Source of the DNA: Escherichia phage MN04
Length of the DNA: 64,000 bases
Sequence record: MT129654.1
Reading direction: 5' to 3' (one strand)
Below the pieces are notes generated by a model that saw nothing but the letters and a program-made list of their open reading frames with translations, ran no database searches and was not told where the DNA came from. Positions 50,163 through 60,748 of this stretch are shown here, piece by piece; the first letter of the stretch is position 1, and each line of letters begins with the position of its first letter. The translations under genes were made by a program, and so were the position numbers.

Positions 50163-52286
50163 ATGGAAAATTTAAACGAAGTTTTTGATAGTGATTCCGC
50201 TAAAAACTATCCAGTAACAAATCTTAAGCCGGGCTCCGGTATCCCACAGATTTTCTCTATCCAAGCACCAGGTAACGATAACCTGGTTGCTCGTATGGTA
50301 TCTTATGCGTCTCAAGGAGACGCTATTAAAATGGTTAAGCCAGGCGACAAATATGTCCATGTTATTTTAATGAGTTTGTCGAGCAAGGGTGCTCCAGCCG
50401 AACTCAAAGGTGGTCTTGGTTCCGACCCACTTGGTGCATTGAATACTATTTTTGATACGATATACGAACAAGTAAATAAACTTAAAATGGATGCGGTTTT
50501 GTTCCGTTTCCCTACCAAGAAAATGAAAGGTAAGGGCCCTACTGTTCAGCGTGTATTAGCTCGTTTGGCGATGGCACGTACCGGTGGTAAGTTTAAAGTT
50601 GTCGATGATATGTTCCAGTTTAGTGGTAAACATACATACGTTCTTTTAGCACGTCGTGGCACTAATATCGAAGATATCAAGGGTATGCCTGAAATTGATG
50701 CGGACCTTTATACCAAGGTTGAGTCTAAAGTCGGTGAAGTTTATGTTTCTAAGAAAACCGGCCAGGCCGTAAGTAAGGTCGAAGCCGTAGCGGCATCTAT
50801 TGCACAGGTTGAAGAGAAACGTACCGATAAGGCTGTTATCTCTCGTACTAAAATTTCCCGTCGTATGGCTGCAGCAGCGCAGTATTCTACTGCCGAACCT
50901 GAAACTTTATCACCTAAAGAATTGCAGGTTTATAACGAGTTTGAAGCTTCTGTCCCTGTTCACTCGGCCGAAGGCCCTGAGAACGAAGGTATTGAGCAGA
51001 TTAGTCAGAACTTTAAAAAAGGTGCTATTACTAAAATGCGTCAGGCCTCTCAGTTTAAATCTAAGAGTGAGGACCTTGCCAACTTTAGATACACCATTGC
51101 TCTCACGCACGCTTTAATGACTGATAGTAAATTTAAACTAAATTATGCTAATAGAGATAAACAAGGGTTTGAAATTTACTCTAATAATATGGCATTTTTT
51201 AATACGGAAGTCGATAGACTTTTAAGTGGCCTTTCTCAAATCAATACTACCAATAGTCTGGATATTATTAAGAGAATTGTTAATAACCTGAGTGCCCGTT
51301 TTCAGGGGTCTCCTTCAGAGAAAGCATCCCGAATTGCTTTCGCTATGGAAGCCGTTTATAAACTGATTAACGATTCTATTAGCGATGCATATGCTTATTC
51401 AGGCGAGCTCATTAAACCTAAGGGCTTGACCAAAGACGAAAGTAATGCCATTATTGAATATTGTGCGGCTGAATATGCTCCTATGAACTTATTCCTTTTA
51501 GGTAAACCTGAATCCGAAAACAATACAACAGCTATTAAATTGATTAAGGATTTAGACTCAGCATTTACCAAGGGTATTAAACTTCCTAAGGGTACTATTT
51601 TGTATCGTGGTCAGGATTTACCATACAAAATTCTGCGCCATAATATTGATAACAAAACATTTTACTTTAAGAACTTTGTGTCCGCTTCATTAAAGCCTAA
51701 TATCTTTGGCGAATTTGGTAAAAATTATATGGCCCTCGACAACCAAGCAGTTTTTGTTGGCGATGAAGGTTCTTTATCCTCCGCTGATGAGTTGTTTAAA
51801 TTAGCCAGTGGTAGTTCATCTGATGTAGGCGAAGTTGATGATGAAGAGGTAGAATGGGAAGAAGACGAGTTCGGTAATCCAATTGCACCTGAAGGCCCTG
51901 CAGACAGGATTGCTGAAATCGGTATGGTTATTCGAGGTGCTGAAGCAGTTAAAGTTATCGCTCCTGGTGACCTTACAGAATATTCCGAAGAAGCAGAAAT
52001 TATCCTTCCGCGAGGATTATTGTTGAAGGTTGATAAAGTAGCGGCTTTTGCTATGAATGATAGAGTATCTCACAAATACCTTATGGAAGCTACAGTGACA
52101 TCTCCTTCAGAACTCAGTGGGTCCGTTTACGATGGTGACCATCTGATGGAAACCGGTGAAGTTAAATTGATGAATGGGTTTAAAGAATTCCTAGTTTCAG
52201 AATCTGTTTCAGAAAGTAATGAGGCTATGGAAATCCTTGCTGCATCTTTGGACATCTCTTCTTTACCAAATAAATTCAAAATGTAG
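50163..52286 (+). CDS. Alt-like ADP-ribosyltransferase, copy 2 (divergent paralog)
   Basis: 707 aa; N-terminal region clearly homologous to copy 1; ART signature LYRGQDL, FVSASL, EAEIILPRG; central region unrelated. Confidence 0.7.
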   Translation: MENLNEVFDSDSAKNYPVTNLKPGSGIPQIFSIQAPGNDNLVARMVSYASQGDAIKMVKPGDKYVHVILMSLSSKGAPAELKGGLGSDPLGALNTIFDTIYEQVNKLKMDAVLFRFPTKKMKGKGPTVQRVLARLAMARTGGKFKVVDDMFQFSGKHTYVLLARRGTNIEDIKGMPEIDADLYTKVESKVGEVYVSKKTGQAVSKVEAVAASIAQVEEKRTDKAVISRTKISRRMAAAAQYSTAEPETLSPKELQVYNEFEASVPVHSAEGPENEGIEQISQNFKKGAITKMRQASQFKSKSEDLANFRYTIALTHALMTDSKFKLNYANRDKQGFEIYSNNMAFFNTEVDRLLSGLSQINTTNSLDIIKRIVNNLSARFQGSPSEKASRIAFAMEAVYKLINDSISDAYAYSGELIKPKGLTKDESNAIIEYCAAEYAPMNLFLLGKPESENNTTAIKLIKDLDSAFTKGIKLPKGTILYRGQDLPYKILRHNIDNKTFYFKNFVSASLKPNIFGEFGKNYMALDNQAVFVGDEGSLSSADELFKLASGSSSDVGEVDDEEVEWEEDEFGNPIAPEGPADRIAEIGMVIRGAEAVKVIAPGDLTEYSEEAEIILPRGLLLKVDKVAAFAMNDRVSHKYLMEATVTSPSELSGSVYDGDHLMETGEVKLMNGFKEFLVSESVSESNEAMEILAASLDISSLPNKFKM

Positions 52287-52315
52287 TTTACAACACCACA
52301 AGGATGTGGTACTAT
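52286..52315 (+). promoter_or_regulatory. early promoter cassette
   Basis: GTTTAC, 17 nt, GTACTA; CCACA/TGTGG inverted repeat in spacer. Confidence 0.45.
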
Positions 52316-52343
52316 TACCTTACACAAACATGAGGAGAACATT

Positions 52344-52634
52344 ATGAAATCTACATTCCGCTTTAACGGTCAAGAACTGGTAGTTGAAAACGTTATCCCT
52401 GCTTCTGAAGAGTTCGACAGTGCAGTCGGTAATGAATTACGTCGAGTTTTCGGCGAAGACAAACAGTTCGACTTACGCCCGGTTGAAAATTTTTCACAAC
52501 CTGAACAAACTGAAAATATCTTTAATGGTGTAGTAACCGGTCAGCTTGAATCTGAAGCTCCTATTTCTATTACGGTCTTTGTTAAAAAGCAGCCATTAAT
52601 GACCGCAGCAGGTTTTATCTCGTTCCGTAAATAA
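52344..52634 (+). CDS. hypothetical protein (96 aa)
   Basis: ATG after GAGGAGAACATT SD; own promoter cassette; terminator follows. Confidence 0.4.
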   Translation: MKSTFRFNGQELVVENVIPASEEFDSAVGNELRRVFGEDKQFDLRPVENFSQPEQTENIFNGVVTGQLESEAPISITVFVKKQPLMTAAGFISFRK

Positions 52635-52640
52635 ACCCCT

Positions 52641-52668
52641 AAAGGAGAGCGTAAGCTCTCCTTTTTTG
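52641..52668 (+). terminator. rho-independent terminator between convergent units
   Basis: GGAGAGC-GTAA-GCTCTCC + TTTTTT. Confidence 0.6.
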
Positions 52669-53622
52669 TTATAACAACCTGGATATTCCATTATTAATAG
52701 CACGCCCACCAAATGTATTAACCAATCCGGTCAATCCACTAGAAGCTCCTGAAAGTCGGCTTAATTTAGCTACAGAAGCACTTAATGAGTTACTCTCACT
52801 TATACCTGCTACGCCTTTAAGGACTTTATCTTCCAGCCATTCATAAGCAGCTTGTTTACCAACTGCACCTGTCTGCACACTTCTATAAGCAAATGTAACA
52901 TCAAACGAAGCAATTTGGTTATCACCATCATAGGATAATTCCGGCGATGAAACACTAACAGGAACACATCCATTAAGCATTACCACCGTATGTGGCAATC
53001 CATTACGAGAATGAAGGTTGACTTGGATGTCAGCTTCAACATCTTCAGGCAATGCTCTTAATTGTGTAATAGGGTCTTGGACACTATTGACCCAATCATT
53101 AAAAGCACGGTAGTTGGCAGCTTCAGAATCCATACGGAAGCTTAATACCAATGGGGAATATTCTCTTCCGGTAATTTTGATATTAGGCGAGTTGTGGTTC
53201 AAATCCATTTCATAGTTCAAAGTATTATCCGGAATTTTAACGGCATGGACTAAAAGACCTGCCGTAGGATAAGCCATATTGAAAAAATCCATAAGATAAG
53301 TCCCGACTTCAAACTCACCTAGTAAGCTCTGCACAACCCTGGATGACATAGCTCCAATCAGATATTTACTTATGCCGGACTTACGAATCAACTTCTGAGT
53401 GCCCGCTGTCACTAATGTCGTAACACCTTGGGTTAAATCTCCTTGGGTAATTCCAAACAAATCGGTATTCAACGGGATATTGTTAAATAAAGCTCCACCG
53501 AACTGGTCGAGGAGCGCTTGGGATTTAGAAGAAGGAACTGTAGCAAATACTACACTAAACAGGTTATTCCTTTGTAGGTCAATATTAATTGCCTGGTTTT
53601 GAAATTCTTGTAAAGTATACAT
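52669..53622 (-). CDS. 54: baseplate tail-tube initiator gp54
   Basis: 317 aa; MYTLQEFQNQAINIDLQRNNLFSVVFAT and LVLSFRMDSEAANYRA resemble T4 gp54. Confidence 0.8.
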   Translation of the reverse strand: MYTLQEFQNQAINIDLQRNNLFSVVFATVPSSKSQALLDQFGGALFNNIPLNTDLFGITQGDLTQGVTTLVTAGTQKLIRKSGISKYLIGAMSSRVVQSLLGEFEVGTYLMDFFNMAYPTAGLLVHAVKIPDNTLNYEMDLNHNSPNIKITGREYSPLVLSFRMDSEAANYRAFNDWVNSVQDPITQLRALPEDVEADIQVNLHSRNGLPHTVVMLNGCVPVSVSSPELSYDGDNQIASFDVTFAYRSVQTGAVGKQAAYEWLEDKVLKGVAGISESNSLSASVAKLSRLSGASSGLTGLVNTFGGRAINNGISRLL

Positions 53623-54716
53623 TAGAATCCTTCCGTATAAAGTGAGCCGCGGTTCAAAGTAATGATTTCACGGAAAGTAACTTCTAAACTAAACGTGGAT
53701 GGTAAGTTAGGAGCAATAGCCAAACCATTAAAATGTCCGTCGGGAGTTTTATCAAATCGTATACTTTGGATTTGGCACGGTCCGAAAATATCTTCACGTC
53801 CGTCATATGAACTTGTATTACCAAAGTTTCGAATATACCAAATAGTTGGGTTACTTACCACAATAACATTAGAAAGGAAACTTGTGATACCTTCTCCTAA
53901 TAGCTTGCCGTCAAAGTTATCAATAGCTTCTTTTTTAAACGTAGAACGGTACCATGTATCAATCTTCTCTTTTAATTCGCCGGCAAAGGCAGAGTTGCCT
54001 GTTTCACCATAAGAATAGTAATTAAAGATTTCGTATATTTTAATAATCTGAATAAGGTCTTGGGCGTTTCTAGGGGTCATTTCCCAAGTGAATACCTTAG
54101 TACGGTTATCCGGTCCTGCATACATACTACGTGCGGTAGTGTATATTTGCTCACCGGAATCGGCCATTACACCGTTAGTTACAGATTCCAATGCGCCAAA
54201 TACAGCAGTACTGGCAACGTTACTCAAAATACCTGTAGCAGTACCACCACCTTTAGTAATTAATGATTCGCCTACATCATTAAATTTATGCGTAACCGAA
54301 TCAACATCAGATTTGGAACGAGGGAGCAAAATATTGGCTAAAGCCTGGCTATCAAATTTAACTCCTTTAGAGTTGTTACTAAACAAGTTTTTAACAGCAC
54401 TGAACCCTCCAGTATTACCGGTAAGTTTACCTGCAGCTTTTGAAAACTTTTTGGTCATTTGGCTCGAGCGGTCGTTACGTAAATCAGGTGATACGCGAGA
54501 GCTAAAATTATATGCCGTAAAAAGTAATCCATTTTTATATAAATCGTTTAACACCATATCTGTAGAGGTATCATTGCCCGAGGCCCTTTCGGCTGGATAC
54601 TGGGCAGTTACCGTAGTTTGGGCCGGTTTAGCTTTAGATTGGCCCGCGGAGGTTTTTGAACCTCCTTTAAATAAGGAGGCTACGTCAATGTCAATTTCTT
54701 TTACTTTCATTATCAA
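53622..54716 (-). CDS. 48: baseplate tail-tube junction protein gp48
   Basis: 364 aa (T4 gp48 364 aa); synteny 29-48-54. Confidence 0.8.
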   Translation of the reverse strand: MIMKVKEIDIDVASLFKGGSKTSAGQSKAKPAQTTVTAQYPAERASGNDTSTDMVLNDLYKNGLLFTAYNFSSRVSPDLRNDRSSQMTKKFSKAAGKLTGNTGGFSAVKNLFSNNSKGVKFDSQALANILLPRSKSDVDSVTHKFNDVGESLITKGGGTATGILSNVASTAVFGALESVTNGVMADSGEQIYTTARSMYAGPDNRTKVFTWEMTPRNAQDLIQIIKIYEIFNYYSYGETGNSAFAGELKEKIDTWYRSTFKKEAIDNFDGKLLGEGITSFLSNVIVVSNPTIWYIRNFGNTSSYDGREDIFGPCQIQSIRFDKTPDGHFNGLAIAPNLPSTFSLEVTFREIITLNRGSLYTEGF

Positions 54717-54718
54717 TC

Positions 54719-56455
54719 CTAATTAACTTTAGTAGCTTGACGCATACCAGGAGCAGGAGTGGAAGACTGTGGTGGTAAATTATAACTAGTCTTACTCGTT
54801 TTCTTGATATTCGTTTGCTGATTTATTTGAGTTGGAGCTTGCTGACTATATTTAGCATTTTCCTTTGCTCTCATTTGCTCGTCAACCTTTTTAACCTGGG
54901 TATTTTCAGGAGATTCCGCTACAGAAGCAGGTTTAGGCTTTTCAGCTTCATTAAATTTCTCTAAAGATTTATTCATCTTATCAAGTAATTGCTGAATATT
55001 AAGGTCCTTAGGTGCTCCACCTTTAGCCATAATAGGGTCAGCCAATTGTTTCTCTATATCCGCTTTATATGCTTTAGCATTTTCGATATCTTTAGAATCA
55101 GGCTTCATTATATTATCGGCGGTTTGGGTTAAACGAATAATATCAGCCTGGGCTTTATCACGTTTCTTAAAATACTCTAAACGTTCTTCTTCAGGGAGGT
55201 CACGGAAGCTTGTGTCAATTCCACCAGCGCGTAATTGGTCGGCTTGTTCTTTAGTAAGGTTACCGTATTTCTCTGCCTGGTTTATAAGCTCAGGTTTACC
55301 CTTATACTTCTTATTCATTTTCTCGGCTGTTTCTAAAGCCTCAGCTGAACGTCTATCATGGTATTTGGCTACTTTAGTTTGGTCTTCGTCATCTAAAGTG
55401 GCTCCGGTATTTTGTTGATACGACATTAAAGCGGATGCCTCTACGTTTTCAGCCAAATCACCCATACCTGGTATTTTACTTAAAATAGCAGAAATCAATT
55501 TAGAAATACCGAGCATTAACAGCTGTGCCATATTTTTGGTAAGATTAACCATACCGCGAATAATAGCTTCTGCCAGACCTAGCCAATTTCTTTCGCTAAA
55601 CATAGCTTCAGCATTCTTGGCCCATGTCATTAATCCTTCAAGTAACGGACCCCACTCTTTAAACTTATCGTTAAATTTTTTCCATCCTTCATTAAATTGG
55701 TCCATGAAATATTGGAAGTATACGCGAATAGCATCTATACCAAATATTAAAAGGGCCAGGCCTGCTGCCAGTTTAGCGGCTTCTGCAGCAGCAGTAATAG
55801 TATACTTAAAAAGCATACCTGAAATTCTATCAGCGACGCCTATAGAAGCTTTAAATCCTTTTTCGGTTATTTTTGTAAGGGCTTCGATTTTATCGGAAAG
55901 AGAAGACTTATCACCTTCTTTACCTTCATCCGAATTTTTAGGAGGCTCTGGTACAAATTCAGCGTCAGGTTTATTATCTTCAGGCGGAAGAATATCTTCA
56001 ATAACAGCAGGGACTTTAGGAGTTTCAGCCTTAGGTTCTTCAGGAATAGAGTCTTCAATAACCTTTAATGAGCTCCCTTCCGGCGGAATAGAAATACCAG
56101 AGAATTTAGCCTCCAACATATTAGAAAGCTTATTAATCTTTTCGTTTAATGCATCCGAAAGAGCTTTAGATTGTTGGGTTTGTTCTGATATAGCTTCGGC
56201 TGTTAATTCTGTTCCGGCGACAACATCTTGAACACTTTTATCTACTCGGTCTATAGAATTAATAATCTGATTAGACTTTGTTTCAACAACTTCAGAGAGC
56301 AATTCAGACGCCGCCTGGGTTTCTGATAAAGCTTCTGTTATATTTCCTAATTCGTCGTTCTGGGTTTGGGCTAGCGCCTCAGCACGACGCTGAGGAGCCA
56401 TTTCTTCAATCAGTTTATTGCGACGAAAACTATTCTGATTAGATTCATTCTTCAT
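54719..56455 (-). CDS. 29: baseplate hub / tail length tape-measure protein gp29
   Basis: 578 aa; extended coiled-coil-like composition; synteny. Confidence 0.8.
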   Translation of the reverse strand: MKNESNQNSFRRNKLIEEMAPQRRAEALAQTQNDELGNITEALSETQAASELLSEVVETKSNQIINSIDRVDKSVQDVVAGTELTAEAISEQTQQSKALSDALNEKINKLSNMLEAKFSGISIPPEGSSLKVIEDSIPEEPKAETPKVPAVIEDILPPEDNKPDAEFVPEPPKNSDEGKEGDKSSLSDKIEALTKITEKGFKASIGVADRISGMLFKYTITAAAEAAKLAAGLALLIFGIDAIRVYFQYFMDQFNEGWKKFNDKFKEWGPLLEGLMTWAKNAEAMFSERNWLGLAEAIIRGMVNLTKNMAQLLMLGISKLISAILSKIPGMGDLAENVEASALMSYQQNTGATLDDEDQTKVAKYHDRRSAEALETAEKMNKKYKGKPELINQAEKYGNLTKEQADQLRAGGIDTSFRDLPEEERLEYFKKRDKAQADIIRLTQTADNIMKPDSKDIENAKAYKADIEKQLADPIMAKGGAPKDLNIQQLLDKMNKSLEKFNEAEKPKPASVAESPENTQVKKVDEQMRAKENAKYSQQAPTQINQQTNIKKTSKTSYNLPPQSSTPAPGMRQATKVN

Positions 56456-56966
56456 TTAAGATATCCATGATTTTAAGCAATCCTTTAATAGGACCATTAG
56501 GACCAGGGATAGCTACAGTAGAAGTTATATCGTCGGCCCATGTAGCAACAAAGGCAGGCATATCCAGAAAATCTGGTACATCGTCCCCAAGGTAAAGGGA
56601 TTGTAATACACTATCAACAGGACCAAATGTTTGGAACGGTTCATGTGATTTAAATTTAAATGTTTTACCTTGGAATTGGAATTCAAGACGTTGGCAGATA
56701 TAAAGGTCATTTAAGTTATACGTAAACCCATCCTTAGTTACCTTTTCTTTTAACCGTCCGTTGAATTCTAAAAGATGAAGAGCAGCGAAATCGGTTTCGG
56801 CTGCAGTTAAACCCTTATAAATGGAACTCATTAATATATGAAGAGCTTTATAAGGGTCTTTTTCATCTTTAACCAATTTTTGGTGTTTAAGACCCAATTT
56901 AGGAATGGAAATCTCTTTATCACCCAGCGTTATTTTCTTGATCGGGAGTATCAGTTTTAAGTTCAT
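56445..56966 (-). CDS. 28: baseplate hub distal subunit gp28
   Basis: Start set to internal ATG with GAAGG SD (173 aa; T4 gp28 177 aa); first ATG 57008 possible. Confidence 0.65.
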   Translation of the reverse strand: MNLKLILPIKKITLGDKEISIPKLGLKHQKLVKDEKDPYKALHILMSSIYKGLTAAETDFAALHLLEFNGRLKEKVTKDGFTYNLNDLYICQRLEFQFQGKTFKFKSHEPFQTFGPVDSVLQSLYLGDDVPDFLDMPAFVATWADDITSTVAIPGPNGPIKGLLKIMDILNEE

Positions 56967-58089
56967 TTTTAACCTTCGGTGGCTCTTCAATCTTAATAGG
57001 CTTACCATTAGTAAACATATAAAGGTTTGTAATTGATGTATTGTTACTCACTTCATGAATAACTTCGTCTACATAAAAATCGTATTGGAATTGGTTTTTA
57101 GGGTCATAGAAGTTAATCTTATCACCCGGAGTTAATTCAAAGTTCCCGTATACCTTGCAATGTGCGTACCCATCATACTGGGCCATTGTAACTAATCTAT
57201 CAGCTTCTTCAAATCCGTTTCGGTAGGTATAATCGGAATATCCGCCTGAACGAGAAACCAATATACTGTTTTGTCCATCACCAAAAGTAATTCGTGTAGC
57301 GTTTTTATCTAAGAACGAATGGGCGTATACTGTAGCATTTTCGTACGGTTTTCGGGTATGTTGGTTAGCTTTAGTTAACCACTCAAAATCAAATGCAATA
57401 GGAGTATCCATATCTTGGACGTATTGGCCTATTAAACGAGGCTCACCAACCACAAAATTGATAGGCTCTTGATTAACCATAAATTCGTAGTCCATGATAG
57501 AAATACCATCTATATCTTCCCAGACAAATACAAATTTATCAGATTCAACAGCCATACCTACTTCTCGCACAAATTCCATATATCTGTCCATTGAATCACA
57601 CCAAGGAACGTTAGGAACGTAAACGTTTATTCCGTTCAAAGGAGGAGCAAGTAATGGGCGGTCTTGATAAATAACCCCAATCATTTCGGTTAATGTTTCT
57701 TGAACGCTAGGGAAGAACATACGTCCGAATTTAAGATTTTCTAAAAAGTGGATAGGGGCGAGTTGTATTGTTATGATATTGTCGCCCTTAGAATCCACCC
57801 CTACTGCAAAGTGTTTACTTCCGTAAATTCTTGATTGGGTACGTTCCGAGTTGGCATTCTTAACAGAAACTTGGATAATTTGTTCACCATCCATTTTAGT
57901 ATGAAGGTTTTTTGCATCATAAAACTGGAGCAATCCTTCATTATTACCATAAAGACCATCTCGCATTGTTAGGGTAGTAAATGTCGCGCCTAGTTCAACA
58001 AAACGATGCTCTAACCAGGCGTCATAATCTTCGTAAAGGCGTATACTAATATTAGGAAAGCCTTCACGCTGCATAGTTTTTGAACTCAT
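56920..58089 (-). CDS. 27: baseplate hub subunit gp27
   Basis: 389 aa; [49 protein letters not shown] matches T4 gp27. Confidence 0.85.
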   Translation of the reverse strand: MSSKTMQREGFPNISIRLYEDYDAWLEHRFVELGATFTTLTMRDGLYGNNEGLLQFYDAKNLHTKMDGEQIIQVSVKNANSERTQSRIYGSKHFAVGVDSKGDNIITIQLAPIHFLENLKFGRMFFPSVQETLTEMIGVIYQDRPLLAPPLNGINVYVPNVPWCDSMDRYMEFVREVGMAVESDKFVFVWEDIDGISIMDYEFMVNQEPINFVVGEPRLIGQYVQDMDTPIAFDFEWLTKANQHTRKPYENATVYAHSFLDKNATRITFGDGQNSILVSRSGGYSDYTYRNGFEEADRLVTMAQYDGYAHCKVYGNFELTPGDKINFYDPKNQFQYDFYVDEVIHEVSNNTSITNLYMFTNGKPIKIEEPPKVKNELKTDTPDQENNAG

Positions 58090-58838
58090 TTCTTAAGGTC
58101 CTTTTCAACCAAAGACAAAGCAATACCACGTTCGATTGGAATCATCTGCATAATGCTTTCTAATGAATAGTTGTTCTTTACCAGTAAATGGTTTATTTGG
58201 TAAAATAAAAATATCTCATCCGGATTGACTATAAGTTTAAACACTTCTAAAATGTCAGTGTATGTAATTGTTCTACGATTACAGCACCCATATTTGAGCT
58301 CGAAATGAATAGGGCTTGTTTGTTTGACTATATCCTCTAAAGTAGATAAGTCTATAGCATCTATTACGGCTAACTGGTCTTCTTCAGAAAGGTCTGTCCA
58401 GTTATAAACCCCATTTTCATCTTCTACTGACTGGAGGGTATTCAAAATCAATTCAGATTTATCATGATATTCTATTTCAGGGAATTTGAATGTCAATTTC
58501 AAGCCGGCCACTTCAATTGTAGGGTTAACTAACTTGGTCTGCTTCAAATTGAATAAAACTTGTCTATCCTTTTCACACTTACTGCAAGTGTATCGGATAG
58601 GAATTTTGGTCTTGCCGAGAGATGACGTATACAATTCAATAAACATGTATGGGCGCCATGACACAGGGTACTCACCAAAGTATTCTTCCAGTAACTCATC
58701 TAAAATTTGTTTTTGCTCTTCAGGTGATTTATTATTCATATCATTTCGAATCAAAATAAAATCACGATAATCAGCTACTGTAAAAGGTTTAAATCGGTGG
58801 ACTCCATCAGGCATTTCGCAACGTACTATATTAGCCAT
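58086..58838 (-). CDS. 51: baseplate hub assembly catalyst gp51
   Basis: Start moved to ATG 58838 with AGAGGA SD (250 aa; T4 gp51 249 aa); track start is TTG; Cys-rich. Confidence 0.7.
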   Translation of the reverse strand: MANIVRCEMPDGVHRFKPFTVADYRDFILIRNDMNNKSPEEQKQILDELLEEYFGEYPVSWRPYMFIELYTSSLGKTKIPIRYTCSKCEKDRQVLFNLKQTKLVNPTIEVAGLKLTFKFPEIEYHDKSELILNTLQSVEDENGVYNWTDLSEEDQLAVIDAIDLSTLEDIVKQTSPIHFELKYGCCNRRTITYTDILEVFKLIVNPDEIFLFYQINHLLVKNNYSLESIMQMIPIERGIALSLVEKDLKK

Positions 58839-58858
58839 AGGGTATCCTCTTATTGATG

Positions 58859-58870
58859 TATTTATAAATA
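58859..58870. promoter_or_regulatory. overlapping divergent late promoters for gene 51 (minus) and gene 26 (plus)
   Basis: TATTTATAAATA contains TATAAATA on both strands (58859-58866 minus, 58863-58870 plus). Confidence 0.6.
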
Positions 58871-58888
58871 AGCTTAAAGGAGAAGACA

Positions 58889-59512
58889 ATGAATTATACT
58901 TTTGACGTAAAAATTAAAAACAAGACCATAAAATGCAGAGCATTTACCCTCAGAGAGTATAAGGACTTGCTCCAAGCTAAATTAGAAGACAGAATAGAGC
59001 CCTTTATCAATGAACTCATTTTGAATTGCACAGATGCTCGTGGTTTAAACAAGCAAGAATCTGAGCTCCTGGTGATAAACCTGTGGGCCCATTCACTAGC
59101 TGAAGTGAATATAGAACGTGAGTGGGTTTGTAGTTGTGGTCGCTCACAGATTGTCCCTATGACGTTAACTCGCGCTACATTAGGTAAAGAGCCTGATATT
59201 ATTAAGGACTTCGGCAACTTTAAAATAGTGTTCAGATATCCTAAGCTCTTTGAAGACAAAAATAGGGCTATGATGGTTGCAGGATGTATCGATTATATTT
59301 TAACTTCTGCAGGCGAAAAGCTTCTTCTTTCTGATTTAAGTGATGCGGAACTAGACGACCTTTATTCTGTGATAACGGAAAAAGATGTAAAAGAAATTTA
59401 TGATGCTCTAGTCGCCCCTAAGCCTATTTTGGCCATACCTATTTCTTGTGAATGTGGTGAGCATACCGTCCACGTTATTGAGGGACTTAAAGAGTTCTTT
59501 AAGGTGATGTAA
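58889..59512 (+). CDS. 26: baseplate hub subunit gp26
   Basis: 207 aa (T4 gp26 208 aa); ATG after AAGGAGAAG SD and late promoter TATAAATA. Confidence 0.75.
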   Translation: MNYTFDVKIKNKTIKCRAFTLREYKDLLQAKLEDRIEPFINELILNCTDARGLNKQESELLVINLWAHSLAEVNIEREWVCSCGRSQIVPMTLTRATLGKEPDIIKDFGNFKIVFRYPKLFEDKNRAMMVAGCIDYILTSAGEKLLLSDLSDAELDDLYSVITEKDVKEIYDALVAPKPILAIPISCECGEHTVHVIEGLKEFFKVM

Positions 59513-59901
59513 TGAATATCGATAAAATGTATTCAGATTTAGACCCTGAAATGAGGACGTCTTGGAATAGAGACGTCGCTAAAGCTACAGGGGCCCGTGC
59601 AGTAAAAAATAGTTTGTTAGGCATTATTACTACTCGTAAGGGTTCTCGCCCTTTTATGCCTGAATTTGGTTGTGATATCAGTAATCAACTATTTGAGAAT
59701 ATTACCCCATTAATCACGGATACCATTAAGCGTAATATAGTTTCCGCTGTGCGGAACTTCGAACCTAGAATTTCTGCTCTTGCCGTAGGCGTTACCCCTG
59801 TTTATGATGACAACTCTATTATAGTAACCGTCCAGTTTAGTATTGTTGATGACCCAGATACATTAGAGCAAATTAGAATCCAGATCTCACAGAGTGGTTA
59901 A
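59512..59901 (+). CDS. 25: baseplate wedge protein gp25 (lysozyme-like fold)
   Basis: 129 aa; LLGIITTRKGSRPFMPEFGCD and VRNFEPRI match T4 gp25. Confidence 0.85.
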   Translation: MNIDKMYSDLDPEMRTSWNRDVAKATGARAVKNSLLGIITTRKGSRPFMPEFGCDISNQLFENITPLITDTIKRNIVSAVRNFEPRISALAVGVTPVYDDNSIIVTVQFSIVDDPDTLEQIRIQISQSG

Positions 59902-59959
59902 TTGCTGTTCAAATGAATAGTGTATAATGGTCCTATGGTTATTACACAGGAAACATGCG

Positions 59960-60394
59960 ATGAGTAAAGAGATTGAATATAAATTGGAATCATTCCAAGA
60001 TGCATTAGATGAAGATTTAAAGATTGATGGGACTCGTTTACAGTATGAAGTACAGAACAACGTTTTGCTGCACAGCAAATGGCTAAGGCTGTATACGAAT
60101 TGTAAGAAAGAGATAATGCGATTAGAAATCCAGAAAAAGACCTCTCTTAAGAAGCGATTAGATTTCTACACGGGACGTGGAGAGCCTGGTGATGAGGTTT
60201 GTATGGACCAATACGAGAAGTCAGAATTAAAGACTGTAATGGCCGCAGATTCTAGCGTGATTAAAATAGATACATCAATCCAGTATTGGGCTTTATTACA
60301 GGACTTTTGTAGTTCGGCACTTGATGCTATTAAGGCGCGAGGTTTTAACCTTAAGACCATGCATGAGATGAGACAATTTGAGGCTGGCAAATAA
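59960..60394 (+). CDS. uvsY: recombination mediator UvsY
   Basis: 144 aa from ATG 59960; TRLQYEVQNNVLLHSKWL and LQDFCSSALDAIKARGF match T4 UvsY. Confidence 0.85.
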   Translation: MSKEIEYKLESFQDALDEDLKIDGTRLQYEVQNNVLLHSKWLRLYTNCKKEIMRLEIQKKTSLKKRLDFYTGRGEPGDEVCMDQYEKSELKTVMAADSSVIKIDTSIQYWALLQDFCSSALDAIKARGFNLKTMHEMRQFEAGK

Positions 60395-60492
60395 TGAGAC
60401 GTACTAAAAATACCAAACCCATTAAAGTAGATGCCGATAAGATGAAACTTCTCCAAGAATTCATTAATGCCGCTTTAGCAAGTAATAAATAG
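60394..60492 (+). CDS. hypothetical small protein (32 aa)
   Basis: TAATG overlap with uvsY stop; below track cutoff. Confidence 0.25.
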   Translation: MRRTKNTKPIKVDADKMKLLQEFINAALASNK

Positions 60493-60520
60493 ATATGTAA
60501 GTTAAACTAAGGAGACAATC

Positions 60521-60688
60521 ATGTCAGATAAGATTTGCGTTGTCTGTAAAACTCCAATCGATGCTGCATTGGTTGTTGAAACAGAAAAAGGCCCGGTTCA
60601 TCCGGGTTCATGTTATAATTACGTTCAAAGCATGCCTGTTACGGAAAACACTGAAGAACAGCTGAACGAAACACAATTATTACTTTAG
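60521..60688 (+). CDS. hypothetical small Cys-containing protein (55 aa)
   Basis: ATG after AAGGAGA SD; CVVC motif; followed by terminator. Confidence 0.35.
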   Translation: MSDKICVVCKTPIDAALVVETEKGPVHPGSCYNYVQSMPVTENTEEQLNETQLLL

Positions 60689-60718
60689 TCTAGTGTGTAT
60701 AGCCATTTTATGGTTATT

Positions 60719-60746
60719 GGCCCTTCCGAAAGGTTGGGCCTTTTTT
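60719..60746 (+). terminator. rho-independent terminator between uvsY unit and uvsW.1
   Basis: GGCCC...GGGCC hairpin + TTTTTT. Confidence 0.55.
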
Positions 60747-60748
60747 GT

